Origin: Nostoc sp.
Lineage (GTDB): Bacteria > Cyanobacteriota > Cyanobacteriia > Cyanobacteriales > Nostocaceae
DNA: 64,000 nucleotides
Direction of reading: 5' to 3'
NCBI GenBank assembly: GCA_036918135.1
Contig: JBALDB010000025.1
Coordinates: 1-64,000, forward strand
Shown here: positions 30,961 to 41,021 of the stretch, piece by piece
Numbering within the stretch: the first letter of the stretch is position 1
How the letters are laid out: each line of letters opens with the position of its first letter
Notes under the pieces: model-generated
Database searches by the model: none
What the model saw: the letters and a program-made list of their open reading frames with translations, nothing else
Told to the model about the DNA's origin: nothing
Position numbers and translations under genes: made by a program

Positions 30961-31134
30961 AATTAACTGCTAATATCTAAAATATTTTATGCGTCAGAAT
31001 TAATACTGCCACTAAAATTCACTGTTAAAATTACAATCTATTGTAAGTCTACTGTAGTCAGGGGCAGCCAATTGTGGCACCTTGGATCTTAGTGGCTAGA
31101 ACCACCTTGGAATGGGAATTAAGGAACTTCCACT

Positions 31135-33141
31135 ATGCTGATTTGCCCTCAGTGTAAATTTGAAAACCCTAATACTAATAAATTTTGTCAAAAATGTGGC
31201 ACATCCCTGACTCACAGAGTCTGTCCTGAATGCAGTACTGATGTTCCTTTGAATGCACTATCTTGTCACAACTGTGGTACGGAATGTGGAACAGTATTTT
31301 GGGCAATAATTGCTCAACAAGCAAGTGGAGATGAGAGAGATGGGGGAGCAAGGGAAGCAGGGGAAGTAGGGGAAGTAGGGGAAGTAAATTCTCTGTTATC
31401 TCCCTCATCCTCCTCATCTCCCTCATCTTCTTTGCCCCTTAGTCCTCAAATTACATTAGGCTCCTATTTAGATCCTCAGCAGCGCTATCAATTATTAGAT
31501 ACATTACCTAGTCTAGAAAATATTACTGAGGTAGAGGCGAGAGTTCTAGATTGTCAGCCGTATCAAATATCACCTATCGAAGCAATATTAGGAAATCAGC
31601 GATCGGATTTAGTAACGCCATCAGTGGCAGCAGATGCAATTCCTAGCCTTGCTCAAGTTTATATTGCCTTACAATATCAAGGTCAGCCAGGAATACCGCC
31701 GATTCACGATGCATGGCAGCAAGATGATATACAGATACTACTAATCGAAGACCGCTCGGATTGGCAGCTTTTACTTGATTTATGGCAAGAAGAGACAACT
31801 AGTTCGTTAAAAATTTTACACTGGTGTTATCAAATGACCCAACTTTGGGTGGCATTGGAACCAGTAAATTGTTGTCAAAGTCTGTTGGAATTGTCGAATT
31901 TGCGATTGGATGAAGACCAAACGTTGGCACTACGAAGATTGTATGTGGAATCAGGAAATACTCAGCCTACTGCCAACTCATCAGAAGATGCCCAAGCCCA
32001 AATATCTGCTATTCCAAAGCAACCGTTAACTATCCAAGCTTTGGGACGGATTTGGCAAACACTATTTAGACAGACCCAACGCACTCAATTTGGCTCTGTA
32101 GTGCAGATGTTAGGGGATTTAGAGGCAGGTAAAATTGAAACGATCGCCCAGTTGCGATCGCGTTTGCAGGAAATCTCCGTAGAACTGGAAGCACTAGGAA
32201 CCGCAACTTTGCCCCCAATAGAGGAGAAACATACTGTTGTGCCCACTATCCTGCAATCAGATGAACCAGAAGATATCATTAGTAAAACTGATGATATGCC
32301 AACTGTTGTGCTGGCGATGCAATTAAGTAGCTTGGAAGATGCAGGACGCACAGATGTAGGGCGTCAACGTCACCATAATGAAGACTACTTTGGTATTGAA
32401 ACTAAAATTGACAAGGTGGAATTGCCCAAAACTCGAATCCTTCAAGGGCATGGTTTGTATATCCTCTGTGATGGTATGGGTGGACACGCTGGTGGTGAAG
32501 TAGCCAGCGAGTTGGCAGTCAACACTCTCAAGAAATATTTCCAAGAACACTGGATTGCTAATCAACTGCCAACAGAAAATACGATTCGTGAGGCAGTTTA
32601 TTTAGCCAATGAGGCGATTTACAAACTCAATCAACAAGATGCTCGTTCTGGAGTTGGGCGCATGGGTACAACTCTGGTAATGCTGTTAATTCAAGACACT
32701 CAAGCAGCAGTTGCTCATGTGGGAGATAGCCGCCTCTATCGCCTGACCCGCAAGCAGGGATTAAAACAAGTCACAGTAGATCACGAAGTTGGACAACGGG
32801 AAATTACTAGGGGAGTGGAAGCAAGTATAGCTTATGCCCGCCCCGATGCCTACCAACTCACCCAAGCCTTGGGACCCCGTGATGAAAACTCAATTAATCC
32901 TGATGTGGGCTTTTTCGAGATCAACGAAGATACGCTTCTAGTGTTGGCATCGGACGGTCTATCAGATAATGATTTACTAGAAACCCATTGGCAAACTCAC
33001 TTAGAACCCTTGCTTAGTTCTGGTGCTAACTTAGAACGCGGTGTTACAGAGTTAATTGATTTGGCCAACCAATACAATGGCCACGACAACATTACTGCTA
33101 TACTGATTCGGGCAAAAGTGCGCCCAAATCTCGAAAGTTAA
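31135..33141 (+). CDS. PP2C-family Ser/Thr phosphatase with N-terminal double zinc ribbon
   Basis: Four CxxC pairs; RHHNED, CDGMGGH, HVGDSR, SDGL, GHDNIT. Confidence 0.93.
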   Translation: MLICPQCKFENPNTNKFCQKCGTSLTHRVCPECSTDVPLNALSCHNCGTECGTVFWAIIAQQASGDERDGGAREAGEVGEVGEVNSLLSPSSSSSPSSSLPLSPQITLGSYLDPQQRYQLLDTLPSLENITEVEARVLDCQPYQISPIEAILGNQRSDLVTPSVAADAIPSLAQVYIALQYQGQPGIPPIHDAWQQDDIQILLIEDRSDWQLLLDLWQEETTSSLKILHWCYQMTQLWVALEPVNCCQSLLELSNLRLDEDQTLALRRLYVESGNTQPTANSSEDAQAQISAIPKQPLTIQALGRIWQTLFRQTQRTQFGSVVQMLGDLEAGKIETIAQLRSRLQEISVELEALGTATLPPIEEKHTVVPTILQSDEPEDIISKTDDMPTVVLAMQLSSLEDAGRTDVGRQRHHNEDYFGIETKIDKVELPKTRILQGHGLYILCDGMGGHAGGEVASELAVNTLKKYFQEHWIANQLPTENTIREAVYLANEAIYKLNQQDARSGVGRMGTTLVMLLIQDTQAAVAHVGDSRLYRLTRKQGLKQVTVDHEVGQREITRGVEASIAYARPDAYQLTQALGPRDENSINPDVGFFEINEDTLLVLASDGLSDNDLLETHWQTHLEPLLSSGANLERGVTELIDLANQYNGHDNITAILIRAKVRPNLES

Positions 33142-33237
33142 AGAAGTGGCTGGGAACTGGGTATTGGGGACTAGGGACTCTTTACTAGGTAGTGAGGGCT
33201 GGGGACTAGGATAAAATTCTTTATACCCAATACCCAA

Positions 33238-33339
33238 TCCCCATAACCCCTTATCCCCAGAAGGGGCCCCACCTTCCCCAATTGCCAGTCCCCATAACCC
33301 CTTATCCCCAGAGGGGGCCCCACCTTCCCCAGTCGCCAG
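33238..33339. repeat. 51-bp tandem duplication (2 copies)
   Basis: TCCCCATAACCCCTTATCCCCAGA(A/G)GGGGCCCCACCTTCCCCA..GCCAG twice. Confidence 0.85.
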
Positions 33340-33363
33340 TCCTCTTACCTTGTAGGTTGTATT

Positions 33364-34644
33364 GTGGTTACTCTGACCCTGTTAGAACCGCAACAAAAAA
33401 CACCGCTCCATCAGTGGTGCTTTGAAAACTCTTCCATCATTCGGATTGGCCGAGCAGCAGACAATCATGTTGTTTTAACTGATAGCTTGGTTTCTCGGCA
33501 TCATCTAGAACTCAGACAAGTTGATTCTGTCAAGAATGGCGGTGATTGGCAACTGATTAGCCAGGGTACAAATGGGACTTTTCTCAATGGTGTCCTAGTG
33601 ATTCAAAGTCCGCTACCAGACAATTCCCTTTTGCAACTGGCACAGGGAGGCCCAATACTGCAATTCCAAATCCAGGAGGTAACACAACCGGAGGTTTGGT
33701 TGCCTTGGCATCAGATGCAGGGGACGGTAGAAAACGTAGCTCCAACAGTCTCTTCAGCAAAAAATCCTGGGATTTTATCTTACACCTGCACCCACGAGGG
33801 AAACTCTCCGAATAATCTTTTTTGCATCCACTGCGGTCAACCCCTCTCAGTGCAACAGACGATTCGTCATTATCAGGTGTTGCGAACTCTGGGACAAGGA
33901 GGGATGGGTACTACGTATCTCGCTTGGGATGCGGCTGGTTTGATTGGGGGTACGCCACAACTGCTGGTGTTGAAGGAAATGAATGCTGATATGGTGAGAA
34001 TTGCCAAAGCTCAAGAATTATTTGAGCGGGAGGCGTATACTCTTAAATCTCTGAAACATCCTGGAATTCCCAAGTATTATGACTTCTTTGTCGAAGGTGG
34101 AAAAAAATACTTGGCAATGGAACTAATCCACGGACAAGATTTAGAGAAACGCATTTTTACCACTGGCCCAGTAACCCCAAGCCAAGCGATCGCTTGGATG
34201 ATCCAAACCTGCGATATCCTAGACTATCTTCATACCCAAGAGCCTCCGCTGATTCACCGCGATATTAAACCCGCCAATTTAATGGTGCGAAGTTTTCAAA
34301 ATCACATAGTGGTGCTGGATTTTGGCGCAGTTAAGGAAATTGGCACAGCCCCCGGTACTCGTATTGGGGCAGAAGGTTACTGCGCTCCCGAACAAGAGCG
34401 AGGACAACCTTTGACGCAATCTGATTTGTATGCAATTGGCCCAACACTAATTTTTCTGCTCACAAGCGAAAACCCCTTCAAGTATTACCGCCAAAGGGGA
34501 CGACACTTCAGGTTTGATGTGGCAAAAGTTCCCACCATTAGTTTGCAATTAAGAGATCTTATCGATCGCGTTACCGAACCATTGCCACGCGATCGCTATC
34601 AGACTGCCAAGGAATTAGCTACGGCCTTAGCTGCTTGTCAATAA
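33364..34644 (+). CDS. FHA domain Ser/Thr protein kinase
   Basis: IGR..VSRHH..GTNGT (FHA); LGQGGMG, HRDIKPAN, DFG, APE. Confidence 0.95.
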   Translation: MVTLTLLEPQQKTPLHQWCFENSSIIRIGRAADNHVVLTDSLVSRHHLELRQVDSVKNGGDWQLISQGTNGTFLNGVLVIQSPLPDNSLLQLAQGGPILQFQIQEVTQPEVWLPWHQMQGTVENVAPTVSSAKNPGILSYTCTHEGNSPNNLFCIHCGQPLSVQQTIRHYQVLRTLGQGGMGTTYLAWDAAGLIGGTPQLLVLKEMNADMVRIAKAQELFEREAYTLKSLKHPGIPKYYDFFVEGGKKYLAMELIHGQDLEKRIFTTGPVTPSQAIAWMIQTCDILDYLHTQEPPLIHRDIKPANLMVRSFQNHIVVLDFGAVKEIGTAPGTRIGAEGYCAPEQERGQPLTQSDLYAIGPTLIFLLTSENPFKYYRQRGRHFRFDVAKVPTISLQLRDLIDRVTEPLPRDRYQTAKELATALAACQ

Positions 34645-34790
34645 GGGGACTGGGTACTGGAGATGGGGTACTGAACTATTGGTAGTTAATTCTAGGGACT
34701 GGTGCTAGGGATTAAGTATTAGGAACTGGAGACTGAGGACTAAGGATTAAAAAAAGTTTTCTAATCCCTAATCCCCAGTCCCTATGCCCT
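34645..34790. repeat. STRR heptamer repeats
   Basis: GGGGACT/GGGTACT and CCCTAAT/CCCCAGT units. Confidence 0.65.
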
Positions 34791-35007
34791 ACTCTTCATC
34801 CCAAGCTTCTACGGCGAGCAACTCGCTAATTGGGTCTTGCATACTAAAGCCAAAGTCGAGCAGTTCTTGTTTCCAATGCTGCCATTCGTTGCCGTAGAGC
34901 AAAGCGATTTTCCAGATACTATCGCTAGGCTTGATAATATTCGATTCTATGAGTGATTGCACGTTACGCTGCAATTTCACCATTGGGTGAATTACTTGCT
35001 GAGTCAT
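34789..35007 (-). CDS. DUF4327-like small protein
   Basis: LQRNVQSLIE..W..WKQELLDFGFSMQDPISELL..W pattern. Confidence 0.75.
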   Translation of the reverse strand: MTQQVIHPMVKLQRNVQSLIESNIIKPSDSIWKIALLYGNEWQHWKQELLDFGFSMQDPISELLAVEAWDEE

Positions 35008-35761
35008 AACCTCGATTGAATTCAGATTTTATTTGGTAAATGCTTAATTAAAACTGCTTTCCATTCTGCAATTGTTGCCGGCTCGTAGAGTGGTGTAATT
35101 TGGTAAAGCTAGTCTTAACTTTCTAACTATACCATAACAAACTCTACTAAGTTATTGAGAAATTCCTTTTTGTACGGTAATCACCACCAGAATACTCTAA
35201 TTGTGCTATGTACACTTTGAACCTATTGCATAAGTTGAGCAAGGGTTAACAGATGAGGGGGATAAAGGGTAAGTTGCACTGCTAGCCTGAGTGAGGACGC
35301 CAGGGAAAAGTTTATTTATTTTAGTCACAAAAAATAGGTTTGCTTGTCGAATCAACGATGGAATACGGGCTAATTTCAAAGTTTTGACTGACTGTGAAGT
35401 TTGCAATTGAGTAGGAATGTCTACTCTTTGTACTTATTTAAACGTTATTTACAATATCGCAAACATCCATCGTTAAGCAAATTTATAGCAAATCTTCATA
35501 TAATCTTAATATTTGCAGATAGAGAATAAAATCTGTAGGGTTACCCTATTTAAGTACAGGAGAGTATTTTGCTTTGAAGTTGAAGGGGTAATTCTCTATG
35601 GAGTATTGTCTTACCATAAACTTCTGTTAAATTCCAAGCTGGCTTTTGAATTTTGTGTGAAAAATTTTCAACCAAAATGTTAGTTTCTATTGAGCAGGTG
35701 GGTATCCTCATAACGGGAGGCTTGCTGATACCTAAGTATTTACCGCAGCAACTATTAAGAC

Positions 35762-36163
35762 ATGTCAGGAGAGGGGGAAGAATACTTAATTTCCCGCAAA
35801 AAGCAGATTGAGCGGCGACAAAGGATTTTAACGATAGTGTCGATAGTGTCCTTCGTTGGTTCTACAGCATTTGCAGCCATTCCAGCAATCCAACAGGCTA
35901 TTCAAAGTCCTAAGCCAGCAAGTGCGTCTGTTTCTGCTGAGTCAGTGTTACAGCAGCAGGTGCAGGGCTACGAGTTGGTTTTACAACGGGAACCTGAAAA
36001 TCAACTTGCTTTAGAAAAACTGTCCTTGTTGCGGTTGAAATTGAAGGATGCTAAGGGTGCGATGGAACCTTTAGAAAAGCTAGTGAAATTGCACCCGGAA
36101 CGGCAAGATTACAAAGTTGTATTAGAGAAGATTAAGAAGCAAGATGGGATTGGCGATCGCTAA
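35762..36163 (+). CDS. Small membrane-anchored TPR-like protein (paralog A)
   Basis: One TM segment, then [28 protein letters not shown]. Confidence 0.8.
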   Translation: MSGEGEEYLISRKKQIERRQRILTIVSIVSFVGSTAFAAIPAIQQAIQSPKPASASVSAESVLQQQVQGYELVLQREPENQLALEKLSLLRLKLKDAKGAMEPLEKLVKLHPERQDYKVVLEKIKKQDGIGDR

Positions 36164-36261
36164 GTGATTAATTAGTTAACTTTGTTAACACTAAGATGGA
36201 ATGATTTAAACTCTACACTCATCCATGAATAATTATTAATTCGATATTTCTATAAAAAAAT

Positions 36262-37281
36262 ATGTTTCGCTCCCGAATAGTTGACATTGCATCATATCTG
36301 CCCAAAGAAATTTTACATAATGATGATTTAGCCAAAATTTATCCTAGTTGGTCTTCTGAAAAAATTTATCAAAAAACAGGAATTCTAGAAAGACATATTG
36401 CGGCAGATGATGAAACTGCTGCTGACTTGGCTTTTAAAGCAGCCCGTAAATTTTTTAAAAAAAATAATGTTGCTCCTGAGGATATCGATTTTGTTTTTCT
36501 CTGTACTCAAACACCAGATTACTTTCTACCGAGTACCGCTTGTTTACTCCAAGCTCGTCTAGGAATTCCTAATACGGCTGGGGCTTTTGATATTAATCTT
36601 GGCTGTTCTGGTTTTGTTTATGGCTTATCTGTTGCAAAAGGACTCATCGAAACAGGATCTGCTCGTAGGGTTCTTTTTCTAACAGCAGATACCTACTCAA
36701 AATTCATTCATCCTATGGATAAAAGCGTACGCACTTTATTTGGTGATGGGGCGACAGCTACCTTGATTGAAGCATCAGACGAAGCAGATGAAGAATTTAT
36801 CGGACCTTTCGTATTTGGAACTGATGGTAATGGAGCCAATAATATAATCGTCAAAACAGGTGGTTTCCGTTCTACACGTTCTGAACATACGGCAAAGGAA
36901 GAAGCCGATGATTCTGGTAATGTAAGGTCACAAGACAACCTATACATGAATGGTTCTGAAGTAATAAAATTTACACTTTCTTATGTACCGAAAGCAATAA
37001 ATGATTTGCTAACTAAATGCGGAAGAAATTTAGATGATTTTGACTATATTATTTTACATCAGGCTAATTATTTTATGCTCGATGCATTACGAAAAAAGCT
37101 GAATTTATCTGAAGAAAAGTTTCCCGTTTTTTTGGATATGTGTGGAAATACAGTATCATCAAGCATACCTCTTACCCTAGAGTCTATGCTTAATGAATCT
37201 CGCTTAAAGCGAGGAGATAGATTATTGTTATTAGGGTTTGGAGTTGGGTATTCTTGGGCTGCAACGGTTGTTAAATTTTGA
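36262..37281 (+). CDS. 3-oxoacyl-ACP synthase III family protein (FabH-like 1)
   Basis: Cys-His-Asn triad: NLGCSG, HQAN, GNT; LFGDGA; GFGVG. Confidence 0.93.
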   Translation: MFRSRIVDIASYLPKEILHNDDLAKIYPSWSSEKIYQKTGILERHIAADDETAADLAFKAARKFFKKNNVAPEDIDFVFLCTQTPDYFLPSTACLLQARLGIPNTAGAFDINLGCSGFVYGLSVAKGLIETGSARRVLFLTADTYSKFIHPMDKSVRTLFGDGATATLIEASDEADEEFIGPFVFGTDGNGANNIIVKTGGFRSTRSEHTAKEEADDSGNVRSQDNLYMNGSEVIKFTLSYVPKAINDLLTKCGRNLDDFDYIILHQANYFMLDALRKKLNLSEEKFPVFLDMCGNTVSSSIPLTLESMLNESRLKRGDRLLLLGFGVGYSWAATVVKF

Positions 37282-37298
37282 TTTTTAGGAGTTAAATT

Positions 37299-37523
37299 AT
37301 GCAAGCTTTTTACGAAGGTTTAGCCGAAATACTTGAGATTAATGTCAACGAAGTTTCTCCAAGTCTCGATCTAACTAGAATGGACTGGGATTCACTTGCA
37401 TTTATTTCTACAATTGCACTAGTCGATGACTGCTTTAATATCATGCTGAGTGGAGACTCTCTTGCCGCATCTAAGACAGTAGGAGATATTGAAAAACTCA
37501 TCTCGGAAAAGCAAAAAGGATAA
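37299..37523 (+). CDS. Acyl carrier protein
   Basis: 74 aa, acidic, WDSL phosphopantetheine site, TVGDI; AGGAG SD. Confidence 0.9.
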   Translation: MQAFYEGLAEILEINVNEVSPSLDLTRMDWDSLAFISTIALVDDCFNIMLSGDSLAASKTVGDIEKLISEKQKG

Positions 37524-37530
37524 TTCATAT

Positions 37531-38604
37531 ATGAGTGTCATCAACACACCAGTTGGCAAGCAAGTTAGAACAAAAGGAGGTCGCATAGCCGGAGTCGTAG
37601 CTTGTCTGCCAACCCATCAAATTTCTAATAACTATTTTGCAGAACAGTTTGGTGCAGATGCTGTTAATGAAGTAGTTAAGATGATTGGTGTTGAGCATCG
37701 ATGTTGGGTAGATGAAGGAGTTTCAACAGCAGATCTTTGTTACCAGGCAGTAGAATGTCTTTTAAGTGGTTTAGACTGGCAAAGAGAATCAATTGATGCT
37801 TTAATCTTTGTATCTCAAACACCAGATTATCGTCTTCCGGCAACTGCTTGTTCACTTCATGGTCGTCTTGGACTTCACCCTTCCTGTTTAGCCTTTGATA
37901 TTAATCTTGGCTGTTCAGCTTATCCCTATGCTTTGTGGCTAGGCTTAAATATGATTCAAACAGGAGCTGCTAAACGTGTTCTTCTGGCAATTGGTGACAC
38001 TAGTAGTCGGTGCATAAATCCTTTTGATCGGTCTACCGCCATGCTCTTTGGAGATGCAGGAACAGTTACTGCATTAGAGTATTCTGAGAATTCTACAAAT
38101 GATGCTTTTTTTATACTTGGCACTGATGGAAAAGGAACTCATAATTTGATTGTACCCCGTGGTGCATCTAAGGATTACTCTCTTGCAAACGATCCAAGAT
38201 TAGAAGGTAAAGACCCAAATTGTCTTTACATGGATGGTACCGAAATATTTACCTTCACTATGCAAGTAGTTCCTCCCTTGATATCATCAACAATTGAATT
38301 TTCAGGCTTGAAAGCGGATGATTGCGATGCTTTTCTGTTTCATCAAGCCAATTTATTTATGCTCAAACACTTGATAAAAAAGGCAAAATTGCCAATGGAT
38401 CGGATTCCCATCAACATCAATAAATTTGGGAACACCAGTAGTGCTTCTATCCCATTACTGATGATTGATAATCTAGGTTCGTTATTACAAGAAAAATCTA
38501 TCCGTTTAGCAATGTTTGGTTTCGGTGTAGGTTATTCTTGGGGTTCTACTGTACTTACTGTTGGTCCACTTGATGTTATTGAGATGATTGACTTTCAGCC
38601 ATGA
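37531..38604 (+). CDS. 3-oxoacyl-ACP synthase III family protein (FabH-like 2)
   Basis: NLGCSA, HQAN, GNTSS, GFGVG; ATG at 37531 preferred over the ORF-track start. Confidence 0.92.
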   Translation: MSVINTPVGKQVRTKGGRIAGVVACLPTHQISNNYFAEQFGADAVNEVVKMIGVEHRCWVDEGVSTADLCYQAVECLLSGLDWQRESIDALIFVSQTPDYRLPATACSLHGRLGLHPSCLAFDINLGCSAYPYALWLGLNMIQTGAAKRVLLAIGDTSSRCINPFDRSTAMLFGDAGTVTALEYSENSTNDAFFILGTDGKGTHNLIVPRGASKDYSLANDPRLEGKDPNCLYMDGTEIFTFTMQVVPPLISSTIEFSGLKADDCDAFLFHQANLFMLKHLIKKAKLPMDRIPININKFGNTSSASIPLLMIDNLGSLLQEKSIRLAMFGFGVGYSWGSTVLTVGPLDVIEMIDFQP

Positions 38605-39365
38605 GTATATTTGCTCCCGATGCACTAAAAGGAAAAGTTTTCCTAGTTACAGGAGCTTCATCTGGTCTAGGAAAAGTAGCCGCAATTATGATTGCTGAAT
38701 GTGGTGGACAGGTGTTGGTTTCTGGTCGCAACGAATCTAGACTGGCAGCTTGTGTTGAAGCTATGGCAGGAACTAATCATATAGCTTTGCCTTTTGAATT
38801 ATCTAATGCTGATCAGGTAGCTGATTGGGTGAAATCTGTTGCTGGAAAATACGGTTCTCTATCGGGCATATTTCATTCAGCAGGATCAGAATTAGTTCTG
38901 CCAGCAAGAATGATTAAACAATCTAATTTAGAAAATCTATTGGAGAGCAGTTTTTTTGCAGCATTTGGTATTGCTCGCGCTTCATCCTCTAAGGGAGTGA
39001 TAACCGATGGTGGTTCAATAGTGTTTATGTCTTCTGTTGCTGGTTCTCGAGGTCAGCTAGGTTTATCAGCCTATTGTGCCGTCAAGTCAGGAGTTGATGG
39101 TATGGTTCGCTCACTGTCGTGTGAGTTAGCATCGCGTAAAATTCGCGTTAATTCCATTGTGGCAGGCGCAGTAGAAACCGAAATGCACGCCAGATTGGTA
39201 GTAGCTAGTTCTACAGAAGCAATATCTGATTATGAACGTAAACACTTATTAGGTTTTGGACAACCTGAAGATGTTGCCAATGCAGTCTTATTTTTACTCT
39301 CCGATGCTTCACGGTGGGTTACTGGAACTAACTTAATTATTGATGGTGGGTACATGGTGCGGTAA
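38601..39365 (+). CDS. SDR oxidoreductase, FabG-like ketoacyl reductase
   Basis: TGASSGLG, YCAVK, IRVN, VTG..IDGG; overlaps its neighbours. Confidence 0.9.
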   Translation: MSIFAPDALKGKVFLVTGASSGLGKVAAIMIAECGGQVLVSGRNESRLAACVEAMAGTNHIALPFELSNADQVADWVKSVAGKYGSLSGIFHSAGSELVLPARMIKQSNLENLLESSFFAAFGIARASSSKGVITDGGSIVFMSSVAGSRGQLGLSAYCAVKSGVDGMVRSLSCELASRKIRVNSIVAGAVETEMHARLVVASSTEAISDYERKHLLGFGQPEDVANAVLFLLSDASRWVTGTNLIIDGGYMVR

Positions 39366-39997
39366 TGGAACAACGTTGCATATTAGTAGGAGCAGGGGCA
39401 TTTGGGCGAGAGTTAATCAATTGGGTCTATGATGTTCAAACTCATGGCATATTTCCAACATTAGATGGATTTATTAGTGATATCCCCAATGTTCTTGATG
39501 GTTTTGACTATAAATTAACTTGGCTTGGTCAAATTAGTACTTATCAACCTGCCGAACAAGACTTATTTTTGCTTGGCGTAGGCGATCCTAAAGATAAAGA
39601 GAGTTTAGTAACTTCTTTAAAAAGTAGAGGTGCTAAATTTACTTCTCTGATTCACCCAACAGCAGTAATAGCAAGAACGGCTCGTCTTGGCGAAGGAGTT
39701 ATTTTATGTCCATTCTCTGTAGTGTCAGCCGACGCTAGTATTGGTAATTTCGTAACTTTTAATTGTTTTTCAGGTGCCGGGCATGACGTTCATGTCGGTG
39801 ATTATACAACAGTAAGTTCCCATGTAGACCTGACTGGTGGTGTCAAATGTGGTCATTCTGTATTTTTTGGAACTGGGGCTAAAGTTTTACCTCATGTATC
39901 TATTGGTAATTCAGCAAAAATAGGAGCAGGAGCATTAATCGTGAGATCAGTTACTGAAGCTTCTACTATGTTCGCGGTTCCAGCTAGGAAGCTCTAA
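39365..39997 (+). CDS. Hexapeptide-repeat sugar N/O-acyltransferase (PglD/NeuD/VioB-like)
   Basis: LVGAGAFGRE N-domain, LIHPTAVI, GHD, left-handed beta-helix repeats, VPAR. Confidence 0.88.
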   Translation: MEQRCILVGAGAFGRELINWVYDVQTHGIFPTLDGFISDIPNVLDGFDYKLTWLGQISTYQPAEQDLFLLGVGDPKDKESLVTSLKSRGAKFTSLIHPTAVIARTARLGEGVILCPFSVVSADASIGNFVTFNCFSGAGHDVHVGDYTTVSSHVDLTGGVKCGHSVFFGTGAKVLPHVSIGNSAKIGAGALIVRSVTEASTMFAVPARKL

Positions 39998-39998
39998 A

Positions 39999-41021
39999 AT
40001 GAATCCTCTTAGCCGAAAGTTGCGAAATAACTACTGGCACTTACTTTGCCATAGACAAGAAATAAAGGATTCTGGAGACTTTATCCGTTTTGATTGGCTA
40101 GGAGAGGAAGTTGTTGTTTTCAATGACAACGGTAGTGTCATAGCATTCAATAATCTCTGTCCCCATAGAGGTGCAAGAATATTCCTCAAAGACTTTGGTA
40201 ATCAGCCATTCTTATGCTCTTATCATGGTTGGTCTTACAAAAACGGTCAGCTTTGTGTTCCTAAATCTCAATTCTCCTCAACTACCGATTTTCCATCAGT
40301 CACACTAAACTTGCTTGAGATAGATTGGTGTGGTGATTTCTTGTTTGCCAGTATTTCTCCTAAGTTTAGTCTTGCTTCCCAATTGGCAGAAGTCATACCT
40401 TTAGTAGAGGCTATTTCCCATTCAATTTTTGATCGGTATGATTTCAATCGGTATGATTATGATTGCAATTTCGCAATTGCAGTTGAAAATGCCTTAGAAC
40501 CATTGCATGTTCCTTTTGTTCATTCTTCTTCTTTAGGGCTGCTTAAACTTGAGCATGAGACTGATACCTTTTCAGGTGTAAATTCTGCTTGTTATTTTTC
40601 CATCGGCGACACTCGGACAAGAAAGCATTTATTAAGTATGAATAAATATTTCTTGAATAATTTTCAGTATGAGGGTTATATGAGTGTGTATCTATTTCCA
40701 TTTACAATGCTTTCCTCCACTTTTGGCTATTCTTATTCATTGCAGAATTTTTTTCCTACAAATGATGAAAATACTACTCATTTCACAAGTAGGTTACTTA
40801 CATCTAAACTTAGTAAATTATCTAATAGGAATATTATTGAACCACTTTTTCTCTCCACTTCAAAGATGAACGGACAGGTTTTCGATGAAGATCATTTAAT
40901 TTGTAAACGAGTACCTTTAGCGTCATGGTCTATCGAACCACCTCCTGTTGTTACAAGATTTGAGGAGAGGATAGTTCACTTTAGAAAAAGCTGCAAATCT
41001 GAATTAATTATGGATAATTAA
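39999..41021 (+). CDS. Rieske non-heme iron oxygenase alpha subunit
   Basis: CPHRG..CSYHGW Rieske ligands; ENALEPLHVPFVH and ED mononuclear Fe motifs. Confidence 0.9.
   Translation: MNPLSRKLRNNYWHLLCHRQEIKDSGDFIRFDWLGEEVVVFNDNGSVIAFNNLCPHRGARIFLKDFGNQPFLCSYHGWSYKNGQLCVPKSQFSSTTDFPSVTLNLLEIDWCGDFLFASISPKFSLASQLAEVIPLVEAISHSIFDRYDFNRYDYDCNFAIAVENALEPLHVPFVHSSSLGLLKLEHETDTFSGVNSACYFSIGDTRTRKHLLSMNKYFLNNFQYEGYMSVYLFPFTMLSSTFGYSYSLQNFFPTNDENTTHFTSRLLTSKLSKLSNRNIIEPLFLSTSKMNGQVFDEDHLICKRVPLASWSIEPPPVVTRFEERIVHFRKSCKSELIMDN

Noticed and set aside
33238..33339. Direct repeat as a possible mini-CRISPR
   Set aside because: Two adjacent copies with no unique spacer and no cas genes; a tandem duplication of STRR-like sequence
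36262..41021. Stand-alone secondary metabolite cluster (type II PKS or dialkylresorcinol-like)
   Set aside because: No KS/CLF or DarA-type cyclase; the sugar acyltransferase, aminotransferase and GT41/pilin context fits glycan acylation better, though this is not excluded
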